Assembly: GCA_002269645.1 (NCBI GenBank)
Contig: NIVC01001367.1
Coordinates: 124,001 to 188,000, forward strand
Reading direction: 5' to 3'
DNA length: 64,000 bases
Origin: Macrostomum lignano
Lineage: Eukaryota
The translations under genes and the position numbers were made by a program. Positions 23,801 to 35,800 of the stretch are shown here, piece by piece. Each line of letters starts with the position of its first letter. The first letter of the stretch is position 1. The notes beneath the pieces were generated by a model. The model ran no database searches. It worked only from the letters and a program-made list of their open reading frames with translations, and had not been told where the DNA came from.

Positions 23801-24069
23801 CTATTGTACCTGTGTTATCTGCAACTACTCTGGGTCTAATGAATGCTCATGATTTCCACATCCGGCAGGTGCGCGAGGCGGCGCTGGGCCCGGTGCGCAG
23901 CATCCCGCTGGACCGCATCCGCAGCATCTCCGTCAGCGCCGTCAGGCCCATCGGCCCGCAGGACTTCGAGGAGGCGCTCACGCAGGCACGGGCCTCCGTG
24001 CTGCCGAGCGACCTGGTGCACTACGCCAACTGGAACCAGAGCTACGGCAGCTACCGGCGGATGGTCTGA
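20853..24069 (+). CDS. FIGNL1: Fidgetin-like protein 1, AAA+ ATPase
   Basis: Exons 20853-22523 (donor gtgggt) and 23869-24069. Motifs: [11 protein letters not shown], Walker A GPPGTGKS, Walker [31 protein letters not shown], and a C-terminal Vps4_C-like [10 protein letters not shown]. The FIGNL1-type RAD51-binding motifs FVTA (FxxA) and FVPP and the N-terminal SLNNFAD...EWQSAL block are present. Confidence 0.93.
22546..23300. repeat. 27-bp minisatellite in the FIGNL1 intron
   Basis: Unit gtggtggataagctccctgtttgcag(a/g), starting about 22 nt after the donor. Confidence 0.95.
23537..23728. repeat. 21-bp minisatellite in the FIGNL1 intron
   Basis: Unit cagagccacttgcatcgcccc. Confidence 0.93.
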
Positions 24070-24075
24070 GTGCAC

Positions 24076-24158
<83 letters not shown>

Positions 24159-24187
24159 GTGTCTGTCTCTGTCTGTCTGCCTGTGTC

Positions 24188-24280
<93 letters not shown>

Positions 24281-24281
24281 G

Positions 24282-24328
<47 letters not shown>

Positions 24329-24357
24329 GTGTCTGTCTCTGTCTGTCTGCCTGTGTC

Positions 24358-24442
<85 letters not shown>

Positions 24443-24443
24443 G

Positions 24444-24486
<43 letters not shown>

Positions 24487-24515
24487 GTGTCTGTCTCTGT
24501 CTGTCTGCCTGTGTC

Positions 24516-24586
<71 letters not shown>
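24076..24586. repeat. (TCTG)n microsatellite immediately after the FIGNL1 stop codon
   Basis: About 510 nt of TCTG with a recurring interruption gtgtctgtctctgtctgtctgcctgtgtctct. Confidence 0.97.
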
Positions 24587-25012
24587 TCGCCAACAAAAAG
24601 GTGTCCCTAAGCTCGACCAACTGTCAGTTGTTCTTAATATTCTGCATTCGGCTTGGTGACTAAAAAAGTTAAAAATTAGAAATCCAAAGCAAAGTTCAGA
24701 GTCCCTTCCTGGCATGCATTTCCCAAGCTGTTCCGCGTTCGCTCACGCCCGCATTTTGCTGTTTTTTTATTTCAGCTTTTATTCCCGCATTCCGATGCAA
24801 ATATTTTTTGCCTTGTTATGCAAATCCCTGGACAGAGAGATCACCCAGGTTTCCAATAAAGAAGAAATAAAGAGTCCCCATTCTGTGCCAAGTAACGGAA
24901 ATTGTGCTGGCAACTTCGTGTGAATTGAGTTTGCTGGGTGGCTTGCGTTTGAATTGAAACTTTATTTGCTTTTCTTGGCGGCGGTCTCGGAGTCATGGGA
25001 TAAACGTTCCGA

Positions 25013-26333
25013 GAGGCTGGCTGCTCAGCCTGAGGACCTGGGAGGCTGGCTGCTCAGCCTGAGGATCTGGGAAGCTGGCTGCTCAGCCTGAGAATCTGGG
25101 AAGCTGGCTGCTCAGCCTGAGGATCTGGGAGGCTGGCTGCTCAGCCTGAGGATCTGGGAAGCTGGCTGCTCAGCCTGAGGATCTGGGAGGCTGGCTGCTC
25201 AGCCTGAGGATCTGGGAGGCTGGCTGCTCAGCCTGAGGATCTGGGAAGCTGGCTGCTCAGCCTGAGAATCTGGGAAGCTGGCTGCTCAGCCTGAGGATCT
25301 GGGAGGCTGGCTGCTCAGCCTGAGGATCTGGGAAGCTGGCTGCTCAGCCTGAGGATCTGGGAGGCTGGCTGCTCAGCCTGAGGATCTGGGAAGCTGGCTG
25401 CTCAGCCTGAGGATCTGGGAGGCTGGCTGCTCAGCCTGAGGATCTGGGAAGCTGGCTGCTCAGCCTGAGGATCTGGGAAGCTGGCTGCTCAGCCTGAGGA
25501 TCTGGGAGGCTGGCTGCTCAGCCTGAGGATCTGGGAGGCTGGCTGCTCAGCCTGAGGATCTGGGAGGCTGGCTGCTCAGCCTGAGAATCTGGGAAGCTGG
25601 CTGCTCAGCCTGAGGATCTGGGAGGCTGGCTGCTCAGCCTGAGAATCTGGGAAGCTGGCTGCTCAGCCTGAGGATCTGGGAGGCTGGCTGCTCAGCCTGA
25701 GGATCTGGGAGGCTGGCTGCTCAGCCTGAGGATCTGGGAGGCTGGCTGCTCAGCCTGAGAATCTGGGAAGCTGGCTGCTCAGCCTGAGGACCTGGGAGGC
25801 TGGCTGCTCAGCCTGAGGATCTGGGAGGCTGGCTGCTCAGCCTGAGGATCTGGGAGGCTGGCTGCTCAGCCTGAGAATCTGGGAAGCTGGCTGCTCAGCC
25901 TGAGGATCTGGGAGGCTGGCTGCTCAGCCTGAGGATCTGGGAAGCTGGCTGCTCAGCCTGAGGATCTGGGAAGCTGGCTGCTCAGCCTGAGGATCTGGGA
26001 GGCTGGCTGCTCAGCCTGAGGATCTGGGAGGCTGGCTGCTCAGCCTGAGGATCTGGGAAGCTGGCTGCTCAGCCTGAGAATCTGGGAAGCTGGCTGCTCA
26101 GCCTGAGGATCTGGGAGGCTGGCTGCTCAGCCTGAGGATCTGGGAGGCTGGCTGCTCAGCCTGAGGATCTGGGAGGCTGGCTGCTCAGCCTGAGAATCTG
26201 GGAAGCTGGCTGCTCAGCCTGAGGATCTGGGAGGCTGGCTGCTCAGCCTGAGGATCTGGGAGGCTGGCTGCTCAGCCTGAGAATCTGGGAGGCTGGCTGC
26301 TCAGCCTGAGAATCTGGGAAGCTGGCTGCTCAG
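25013..26333. repeat. 29-bp minisatellite, about 45 copies
   Basis: Unit ggctggctgctcagcctgaggatctggga. Confidence 0.97.
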
Positions 26334-26807
26334 TTTAAGTGCACCCGGTTTCGTTTCAAAATGGTACATGTACATTATTTTTCAAGGACACTGGACTTGC
26401 AGACACCTGCGCAGATTCAGTTGGTCATTTGGGGCAGACTTCAAATATTCAGACTTTAAATGTTAAAGCTGTATGCTACTTGTAAGAGTAGTGCGCAGGA
26501 GTATTTTAGTATCTGTTCGGTCAAATTCAAATTAAGCAATTTTCATATGCGGGAAAAAGACATTTGAAGACAGCAGCTCTCTTGGCAAGATATTTTTGCC
26601 CAAGTTGATTAGCAAATATTGCGCATTGATCACCCGTTTGGCACAGCAATGCCACGTTCAAGTGGGATTATACTGAGAAATGCTGTTTTTAAGCTCTTCG
26701 GCTGAGAGCTGGAGCGGCCGGATTGCCAGGGCTGCTCCAGCCAGCCAGCCATTGTGTCTCAGTGCTGCTCAAATCTGGCTTCAAGCACCAACAAAGTGGC
26801 TGCCCCG

Positions 26808-29800
26808 ATGTCCTCCCACGCGATCTCGAGTTCGCCCGTCCACTTCTCGGAAGACCGGAGCGCGCGCCGGCCGCGGCCGGGGCCGGGAACATGTAGGGAG
26901 GGGGGGACAAGTTTCAAGAGCTGTGCAGCGATCTCCGCCATGCCCTCCCCACCCTCAGTGCGTGATAATCTGGCGCGCGTGCCGGGAAAAAATCAATCGG
27001 GATTGGCACGACCTGGGCAGGGCAGCCGCGCGCACCTCGCACTGAATAAACTGGAGGGGCAGCGGCTGCGGCATTGGCCGGGCCGCGACGGCCAATGGCG
27101 GAGGCGGTGGCCCGGCTTGAAATCGCTGGGCGCTGCGCTCCAAGCCGCCCCTCGGCGAGCAGCTCGCGGCACCCGGGCGCGGCCAATGCAGTCCAAGCCC
27201 AACGGCCCACTGCAGACCCATCGCAGCGGCGGCCACGGCCGCTCGACCGGCGCCGAGTACGCGGCGCTGACGGCCGTCTCGCGGCAGAGCCTCTTCAGCA
27301 CCGTGCGCGGCATGGGCGCGGTGCGGCGCGCGCCCTCCGACAACTTCTCCGTGGGCTCCAGCGCCAACGCCAACCGGTGCAACCTGACGCTGCGCGAGAT
27401 GCGCAAACAGCGCCGGCGCGACATGAAGGAGCGATTTGGCGCCGGCGTTCCTGGCGGAGGCGCGGTCGGTGGCGCCGGTTGCGCGGGCGGCGGCGCCTGC
27501 GCTTCATCGGGCGCCAGGTATTCGCGGCGCTACCTCGGCAGCCGCATTGTGTTCGACCCCGCCGGGCAGTTCATCCACTGGTGGTGCACCGTGGTGTCCC
27601 TGGCCTTCCTGTACAACCTGTGGGTGATCCTGTTCCGCGTGGCCTTCATGGAGATCGAGGCCTCCACCATGAAGGTCTGGTTCCCCCTGGACTACACCAT
27701 GGACCTCATCAACCTGCTGGACATCGCCGTGTCCTTTCGCACCGGCTACCTGGAGGACGGCGTGCTGCAGACGGACCAGGTGAAGATGCGCCTGCACTAC
27801 ATGGACAGCACCCGCTTCTACATCGACTGCCTGTGCATGCTGCCTCTGGACCTGCTGTATCTGTCCTTCGACTTCCAGTCCATCGTGCGCGCCTTCCGCC
27901 TCTGCAAGGTGTACAAATTCTTCCAGTTTCTGGACCGCACGGAGCGCCACGCCAACTATCCGAACCTCATCCGCTCGCTGAAGCTGGGCCACTACCTCAT
28001 GCTCATCATCCACACCAACGCCTGCGTGCTGAAGCTGGTCATCCAGAACAACCCGGACTTTCTGTCGCACGCCCACCTGCACAACGACAGCTGGCGGGCG
28101 GAGCTGTGGTACTTCCCCAACCCCAACACCAGCAGGGTAGATGAGCAGTACCTGTTCTCTCTGTACTGGAGCAGCATGGCAGTGTCACTCATGGCCGAGA
28201 TGCCCAAGCCCAACGCGCTCTGGCACTACGTGTTCGTCATCTGCGAGATCGTCTTCTGCCTGCTGCTGTTCGCCACCGTGCTGGGCCACGTCTCCAACAT
28301 TGTGGCCAACACCAGCATGGCCCGCCGCGACTTCCAGGGTGAGTCAGTGAGCCTGCGGGTGTCTGCTGCAGTCCTGGGTGTCTGCTACAGTCCTGGGTGT
28401 CTGCTGTAGTCTTGGGTGTCTGCTGCAGTCCTGGGTGTCTGCTACAGTCCTGTGTGTCTGTTGCAGTACTGTGTGTCTGCTGCAGTCCTGGGTGTCTGCT
28501 GCAGTCCTGCGTGTCTGCTGCAGTCCTGTGTGTCTGCTGCAGTCCTGTGTGTCTGCTGCAGTCCTGTGTGTCTGCTGCAGTCCTGTGTGTCTGCTGCAGT
28601 CCTGCGTGTCTGCTGCAATCCTGAGGTGTCTTCTGCAGTAAAAGGGTGTTTTCTGCAGTAATGGGGTGTCTGCTGCAGTAAAGGGGTGTCTGCTGCAGTA
28701 AAGGGGTGTCTGCTGCAGTAACGGGGTGTCTGCTGCAGTAAAGGGGTGTCTGCTGCAGTAAAGGGGTGTCTGCTGCAGTAACGGGGTGTCTGCTGCAGTA
28801 AAGGGGTGTCTGCTGCAGTAAAGGGGTGTCTGCTGCAGTAAAGGGGTGTCTGCTGCAGTAAAGGGGTGTCTGCTGCAGTGACGGGGTGTCCAGTCAGTTA
28901 TTTCGAAGAAATCTCGTCACTTCTGAGACAATAATCTTAAGCGGCTCAGCGAAGGCTCTCAGCCAAAAAGTGAGTCCAGATCTTGGCTGGATGAAAGCAG
29001 CGCAGTGCAAAAGGACACGGTGACCGGCTGCGCAGCCGCCAACCCGCCTGCAGGCGCTGCAAATTTAAAGGAAAGAAAACAAATTTTTCTCACACATGCG
29101 GAGGCCAAAGGCAGCAAATTAGATTGGCCGTCTTGTCCTGTGACAGCTGGGCCCAGCCCGCACTGCTCAGAAATCCCAAGGATTAGCTGTAGCGGCTGGT
29201 AGTGCATCGGGACCCTAAGGGAAATATTCCGGGTGTCGAAATTTATCCTCAGCTGGGAAGGCGCTTATCTTGAGAGATCGAAATGACCTCATTGCGGTAA
29301 ATGCTGGGCAGAGTATGGAGAGCAGACTTGGGGATGCGGTGTCCATGGCCTGCGGTCCATGGCCATAGACAACTGGCACCGGGGTTAGGGAGAAACTCAA
29401 GGTGGTAAATTGCCAAATTAGTGCTGAAATCTGGAAATTCTTATAAATTCCTGTGCGTTCTATGATGAAATTGAGTCCTCGAAATGCCCATAAACTTGAG
29501 CGAACATGCCACAGCTCAAATGTAGTTGCTGAGATGCCACAGCTCAAATGTAGTTGCTGAGATGCCACAGCTCAAAGGGAGTTGCTGAGATGCCACAGCT
29601 CAAATGTAGTTGCTGAGATGCCACAGCTCAAATGTAGTTGCTGAGATGCCACAGCTCAAATGTAGTTGCTGAGATGCCACAGCTCAAATGTAGTTGCTGA
29701 GATGCCACAGCTCAAATGTAGTTGCTGAGATGCCACAGCTCAAATGTAGTTGCTGAGATGCCACAGCTCAAATGTAGTTGCTGAGATGCCACAGCTCAAA

Positions 29801-32800
29801 TGTAGTTGCTGAGATGCCACAGCTCAAAGGGAATTGCTGAGATGCCACGGCGCAAAGGGGAATTGCTGAGATGCCACAGCTCAAAGGGGATTGCTGAGAT
29901 GCCACAGCTCAAAGGGGATTGCTGAGATGCCACAGCTCAAAGGGGATTGCTGAGATGCCAGAGTCCACTGGTTGCATGAGGTCAATGAGACACTTTTTTT
30001 TAAGAAATGATTGCAGAGCCACTCCACTATAAAGGGAAACTGCTCTTTCTTCCCAAAAGGGGCTGAGAGCCGGGAGTCTTAAGTAATCCCATGGATTTCC
30101 CTTTAGCAGCGCACAGTTGTGAACTGGTTGGGCACTTTACGACCTGACCGTGGGCCCTGCTTGCAGGGGGCTCAGGTGGGACCTCGCACCCACCGCCTCA
30201 TCCCAGCGCGTGACTCGGCGCTCCGGCCGCCGGAACTGACCCGCTGTGAGCCCTCAGCCAGTCGGGTTCGCGAAGTCTCAATGAGTTACGAGGCCGCTCG
30301 GCTGCAGCCCTGCAAGCCGGTGTTGCCGGCCAGCTGCAGCCGTAGATCACCGCGGCCCCTCCCGTCCCAGTTCCGCTTCTCTCATCGGAGCACTTTCCTA
30401 CAGGCCCACTCCGGGGCGGGGGTTGCTGCGGTCTCGAGTCCCCAAATCCCCGCTCCCGTCATCGCGGCACATCAGCGGCAAATCCCTTTCGCATGATGAC
30501 GCTCTCGCGGAAGCTGGGCATAAACTCGAGCCGGCTGCCCGGATTGCTGCGCCTGAGGGGGATCAGCGAGATGGGAAGGCGGCGGCGGCTTGCACAGAAA
30601 TCTCCCGGATCGCTTGAGCACCCGTGACTCCCCATAGTGACTCATCCCAGCGGCCCAGAGCTGATGGAGGAGGCTGGGGCCGGCGTCATCTTTCAGATCT
30701 TCAGCTCGAGAGGCCGCTGCAGACAAGTTCTGAGCCTCAAAGAAATTCTCGCCCATTCCGCATCTCCCCTTTCTTATTCCCCAGCGTCCTCCCGCACTGC
30801 TCCCTATTAGTTCTCACCTGAGTCCCCCCGCCGCTCCCCCTGTTCCCCTCCTCCCTTCTTTGTTTTTCTTTTCCATGGAGCGCAGAGCGGGCGGGGGCTC
30901 TCGCGTGGCGCCAGCACTCAGAGCTGCGCGCGCCGCCTATCCGGAAACTCAGCCAGGCTCCGCCATCATTTCTGGCCGGCTTTATTGCCGCTAATTAAAG
31001 GTGCATGAGGGGAGCCGCGCCCGCACTCTCTCTCTCTCTCTGCCGCGGCAACTGGGCCCCCCCCCCCCAGCTGCCGGGAGTCGGCAGAGCCTCCCAGCCG
31101 GATTTTCCCACTCGGGAGCGATAAAAATAAAAGTTGCTGCAACGGCTTCAAGACGCGGTGGCAGACGCAGAGGCACGGGCGGTGCAAACGGCACAGATCC
31201 ACCTTGATTTCGGGCCCGGGCAGCTGGGCCAACCCCCAGGGAGTGTACATGCCTGGTGATGAGAAAGTCAAGGCTCAAAACCTCCTCACTGGCTGCAGGT
31301 TGCCTGTTGCATTGCTGTAATAAATAGCCTAGCTGTCACAGCCAAGTTACTTGCTAAAATCGAGACAGAAACAGCTGGACGCAGAACGAAACGGAGACAA
31401 AACAGAACACAGGTGAAACTAGAAGAGAAGAACAGACGAGACACAAAAGCAGAAGATAGAAAAGCAAGGAAGACACAAAAGCAGAAGATAGAAAAAGAGG
31501 AAACAACAGCAGAAGATAGAAAAGCAGGTAAGATACAAAAGCAGAAGATAGAAAAGCAAGCAAGATACAAAAGCAGAATATAGAAAAGCAATACACAAAA
31601 GCAGAAGATAGAAAAGCAGGCAAGATACAAAAGCAGAAAATACAAAAGCAAGCAAGATACAAAAGCAGAAGATAGAGAAGCAAGGAAGACACAAAAGCAG
31701 AAGATACAAAAAAGACACCAAAAGCAGAAGACACAGACGAAGCCGTGAATGCCGAGCCCAGAAGCACACCAGCCGCAGGTTGCAGGTTCCCGATGTACTT
31801 TGCTCGCACTGGCGGAGCCCAAGGACCGGAGCCGTGGGGTCAGGTCTCCCAGCCGTGACGCACAGGCTGTAATGAACTGCTTTCTTCGGGCTGGGCTGTC
31901 TGATTGACAGCCGAGGCGGGCATTGTTGGCCTCCGCCTGGGTGTTCCATCCCGGCATCCCCTCGCTAAACAGGCAGGCCTGAGGGAAGGCGCAGCGCGCA
32001 AAGTGAATTCGGCGGCTCCCCCAGCCTGCGCTGGTCTGCAAGGCGCGGCCCGCCCGGCTTATGCGGCTTCACGCCCGGGGGTTTGCCGGCCAGAGCGCGC
32101 ACCGCTTCTTCATCATTCGCGGCCGCCGAGGCGACTTTGCAGAAACACTGAAGTCTGCATTGTCTGCTGCTTTCGCTGCGCTGTTGCCCTCCTCTTGTAG
32201 CTGCTGCTCTGCTTTGCGAACTGATGGATTTGCCAGCAAGCAGGACACTGCGGGAGCTGGGGGGGCAACTGCTGCTGCAGCTGATGGATACTGACTTGTT
32301 CAGGGTGAAGCCGCTCTACCGGACCCCTGTGCTACCGGTCAGACCCCTGTGCTACCGGTCAGACCCCTGTGCTACCGGTCAGACCCCTGTGCTACCGGTC
32401 AGGCCCCTGTGCTACCGAGCAAACCACTGTGCTACCGGTCGCATCCCTGTGTTACCGGTCGCATCCCTGTGATACTGGTCGCATCCCTGTGCTACCGGTC
32501 GCATCCCTGCCCTGCAGACATCACGAGTGCTACTCACAGCCTCTAAAAAACAGAATTCAAAACTTCCCATTTGCCCCACCCCATCAGAGCTCCGCAGGGT
32601 TGCAAGCCAATAAACAGTTTAATCTTCACCGAGCAGGCGGTCCTGAGGCTCTTCACTGACTCCGCTGCCCCGGAAACGGGATGAGCGCCCTAAAGTGAGG
32701 CGCCCCGGGGCGGCAGAAGACGCGAGTTCGCGGCACGCATTACAAAAAATTGCGGGCAACCGATCTCATCGCGATTGCATTCAATGTCCGCGAAAGAGTC

Positions 32801-35800
32801 GAGAGAGAGAGGGGGAGGGGGGCAGCGCGGAGACGCGGCCAAATTTCGGTGCCTCCACAGTTTTGGCAGACGCGCTGAGAGTTGCCCCCGCCTTGCCGAC
32901 CGAAAGTTGGTCCGGAATCGATTTTGCCGGGGGGGGGGGTTCGAACAGGACCCGGAGGGCGGCGGCGCTGAGGAGCGTACACGCCACTTACACTGGTCTC
33001 TGGCTCTTCAAGCGCTGCGGGGAGGGTCGGGAGAGAGCGCGGGGGCAGGGCAGCCACAAGCAGACAGGGCGCAGCAGTTCCGGTCCCACTGCAGCCAACA
33101 AAACAGAAATTCCGCTTTTATAACCCGCTTAACAATCCTCTGATTTCACCGCTGAGCTGCCTGTCATTTGGACCTGGCTGCCAGGAGCTGCGCCCTGCTC
33201 ATTTCATTAGGCTGGGCAGCGGTGGGCGCCCTGGCCGCTGCAGCCGCAGAAATCAAATTAAACTTGTCGGCGGCTTGCGACTCCCGGCTGGAGATAAACG
33301 GCCCAGCCGGGGGGAGGGGGGGACTCGAGCGCCTCTTCCAATAATTGATCGATTTTTTCAGCTCCACTCGGAATCCTCGCAGTGACTGACAGGCGGACTG
33401 GGCTGAGCTGATTGAGCTGTGGGGGGAGCGTATTGCTGCTCCAGCACTTTCTTCTCCAGGGGTGTCGCTGCGTCTGTAAACAGAACTCGGTTATTGGGAG
33501 GCTGGGGCAGCCTCATGTGATCCCAGGCCACTGGTGCCCGCCTCATCTCTGCCCGGTCTGGCTGCAAAGCCTCTCTTGTTATTGTTGGGGCTTTGCAGCA
33601 GCTTCTTCATCCTGCATTTTGTCCGCTGCGGCGCCCCGTCTCTGACCTGCCGACTCTCACGCTGTCCTTCTGACTCTCACTCTGTCCTTCTGACTCTCAC
33701 TCTGTCCTTCTGACTCTCACTCTGTCCTTCTGACTCTCACTCTGTCCTTCTGACTCTCACTCTGTCCTACTGACTCTCACTCTGTCCTTCTGACTCTCAC
33801 TCTGTCCTTCTGACTCTCACTCTGTCCTTCTGACTCTCACTCTGTCCTTCTGACTCTCACTCTGTCCTTCTGACTCTCACTCTGTCCTTCTGACTCTCAC
33901 TCTGTCCTTCTGACTCTCACTCTGTCCTTCTGACTCTCACTCTGTCCTTCTGACTCTCACTCTGTCCTTCTGACTCTCACTCTGTCCTTCTGACTCTCAC
34001 TCTGTCCTTAAGACTCTCACTCTGTCCTTCTGACTCTCACTCTGTCCTTCTGACTCTCACTCTGTCCTTCTGACTCTCACTCTGTCCTTCTGACTCTCAC
34101 TCTGTCCTAACTGTCACTCTGTCCTTCTGACTCTCACTCTGTCCTAACTGTCACTCTGTCCTTCTGACTCTCACTCTGTCCTTCTGACTCTCACTCTGTC
34201 CTTCTGACTCTCACTCTGTCCTTCTGACTCTCACTCTGTCCTTCTGACTCTCACTCTGTCCTTCTGACTCTCACTCTGTCCTTCTGACTCTCACTCTGTC
34301 CTTCTGACTCTCACTCTGTCCTTCTGACTCTCACTCTGTCCTGATGTCTCTCCCTGGCTCTCTGACTCTCTCTTCCTGTCCCCTGACTCTCACTCTGTCC
34401 TGCTGTCTCTCCCTGCCTCTCTGACTCTCTCTCCCTGTACCTCTGACTCTTTGACTCTGTCCCGCTGTCTCTCCCTGTCCCTCTGACTCTCTCACTCTGT
34501 CCCGCTGTCTCTCCCTGCCTCTCCCTCTCTGGCAGCCGCCAAGATTTACCAGGCGTGCGCTTTGCCCCTCCACCCGCAGCCCACCTGGACGCGGTGAAGA
34601 TCTACATGAACCTACGCAGGGTGCCGCAGAGTCTGCAGTCCAAGGTGATCCGCTGGTTCGACTACCTGTGGAGCTCCCACAAGACGGTGGACGAGGAGAA
34701 GATCCTGTCCCTGCTGCCGGACAAGCTCAAGGCCGAGATGGCCATCCACGTGCACCTGGACACGCTGAAGCAGGTGGAGATGTTCCAGAACACCGAGGAG
34801 GGCTTCCTGTCCGACCTGGTGCTCTGCCTGCGGCCCGTGCTGTTCTCACCTGGCGACTTCGTGTGCAGGAAAGGTGAGTTAATGGGCTGGGACTGTGCAG
34901 TCTGGGTCTCCGTCTGCTCAGGAGTGCATGCAGATGGCTGCATCAGTCTGACGGATTGAGCGGTTTCTCCCGTTTCTCGCTATGCTGGGCCGTGTCTCTC
35001 ATGTCTCACAGTGTCTCTCATGTCTCACAGTGTCTCTCATGTCTCACAGTGTCTCTCATGTCTCACAGTGTCTCTCATGTCTCAGTGTCCCTCATGTCTC
35101 ACAGTGTCTCTCATGTCTCATAATGTCTCTCATGTCTCACAGTGTCTCTCATGTCTCACAGTGTCTCTCAAGTCTCTCAATGTCTCTCATGTCTCACGGT
35201 GTCTCTCATGTCTCATAATGTCTCTCATGTCTCACAGTGTCTCTTATGTCTCACAGTGTCTCTCATGTCTCACAGTGTCTCTCATGTCTCACAGTGTCTC
35301 TCATGTCTCACAGTGTCTCTCATGTCTCACAGTGTCTCTCATGTCTCACAGTGTCTCTCACGTCTCACAATGTCTCTCATGTCTCAGGATCTCAAAACTA
35401 TTCCAGATGCTTCAGGTTTCACAGGTGTCACAGACTTCACAGGTGTCACAGGTGTCACAGATTTCATAGGTGTCTCAAGTGTCACAGGTGTCACAGGTGT
35501 CACAGGTGTCACAGACTTCACAGGTGTCACAGGTGTCACAGATTTCACAGGTGTCTCAAGTGTCACAGGTGTCACAGGTGTCACAGACTTCACAGGTGTC
35601 ACAGGTGTCACAGGTGTCACAGGTGTCACAGGTGTCACAGGTCGCAAGCCTCTCAGGACTCACAGACCCCGCCTGCCTCAGAAGTCGCACCTTCCCAGTT
35701 CGTCAATTTAAAAGGAAGCGACACCACCTGCCCAGACTTCCTCCAAGCATTCGAGCAGGAAATGAGCACAGGGCATCGCGCCAGGCCAATAAGACCCTCC

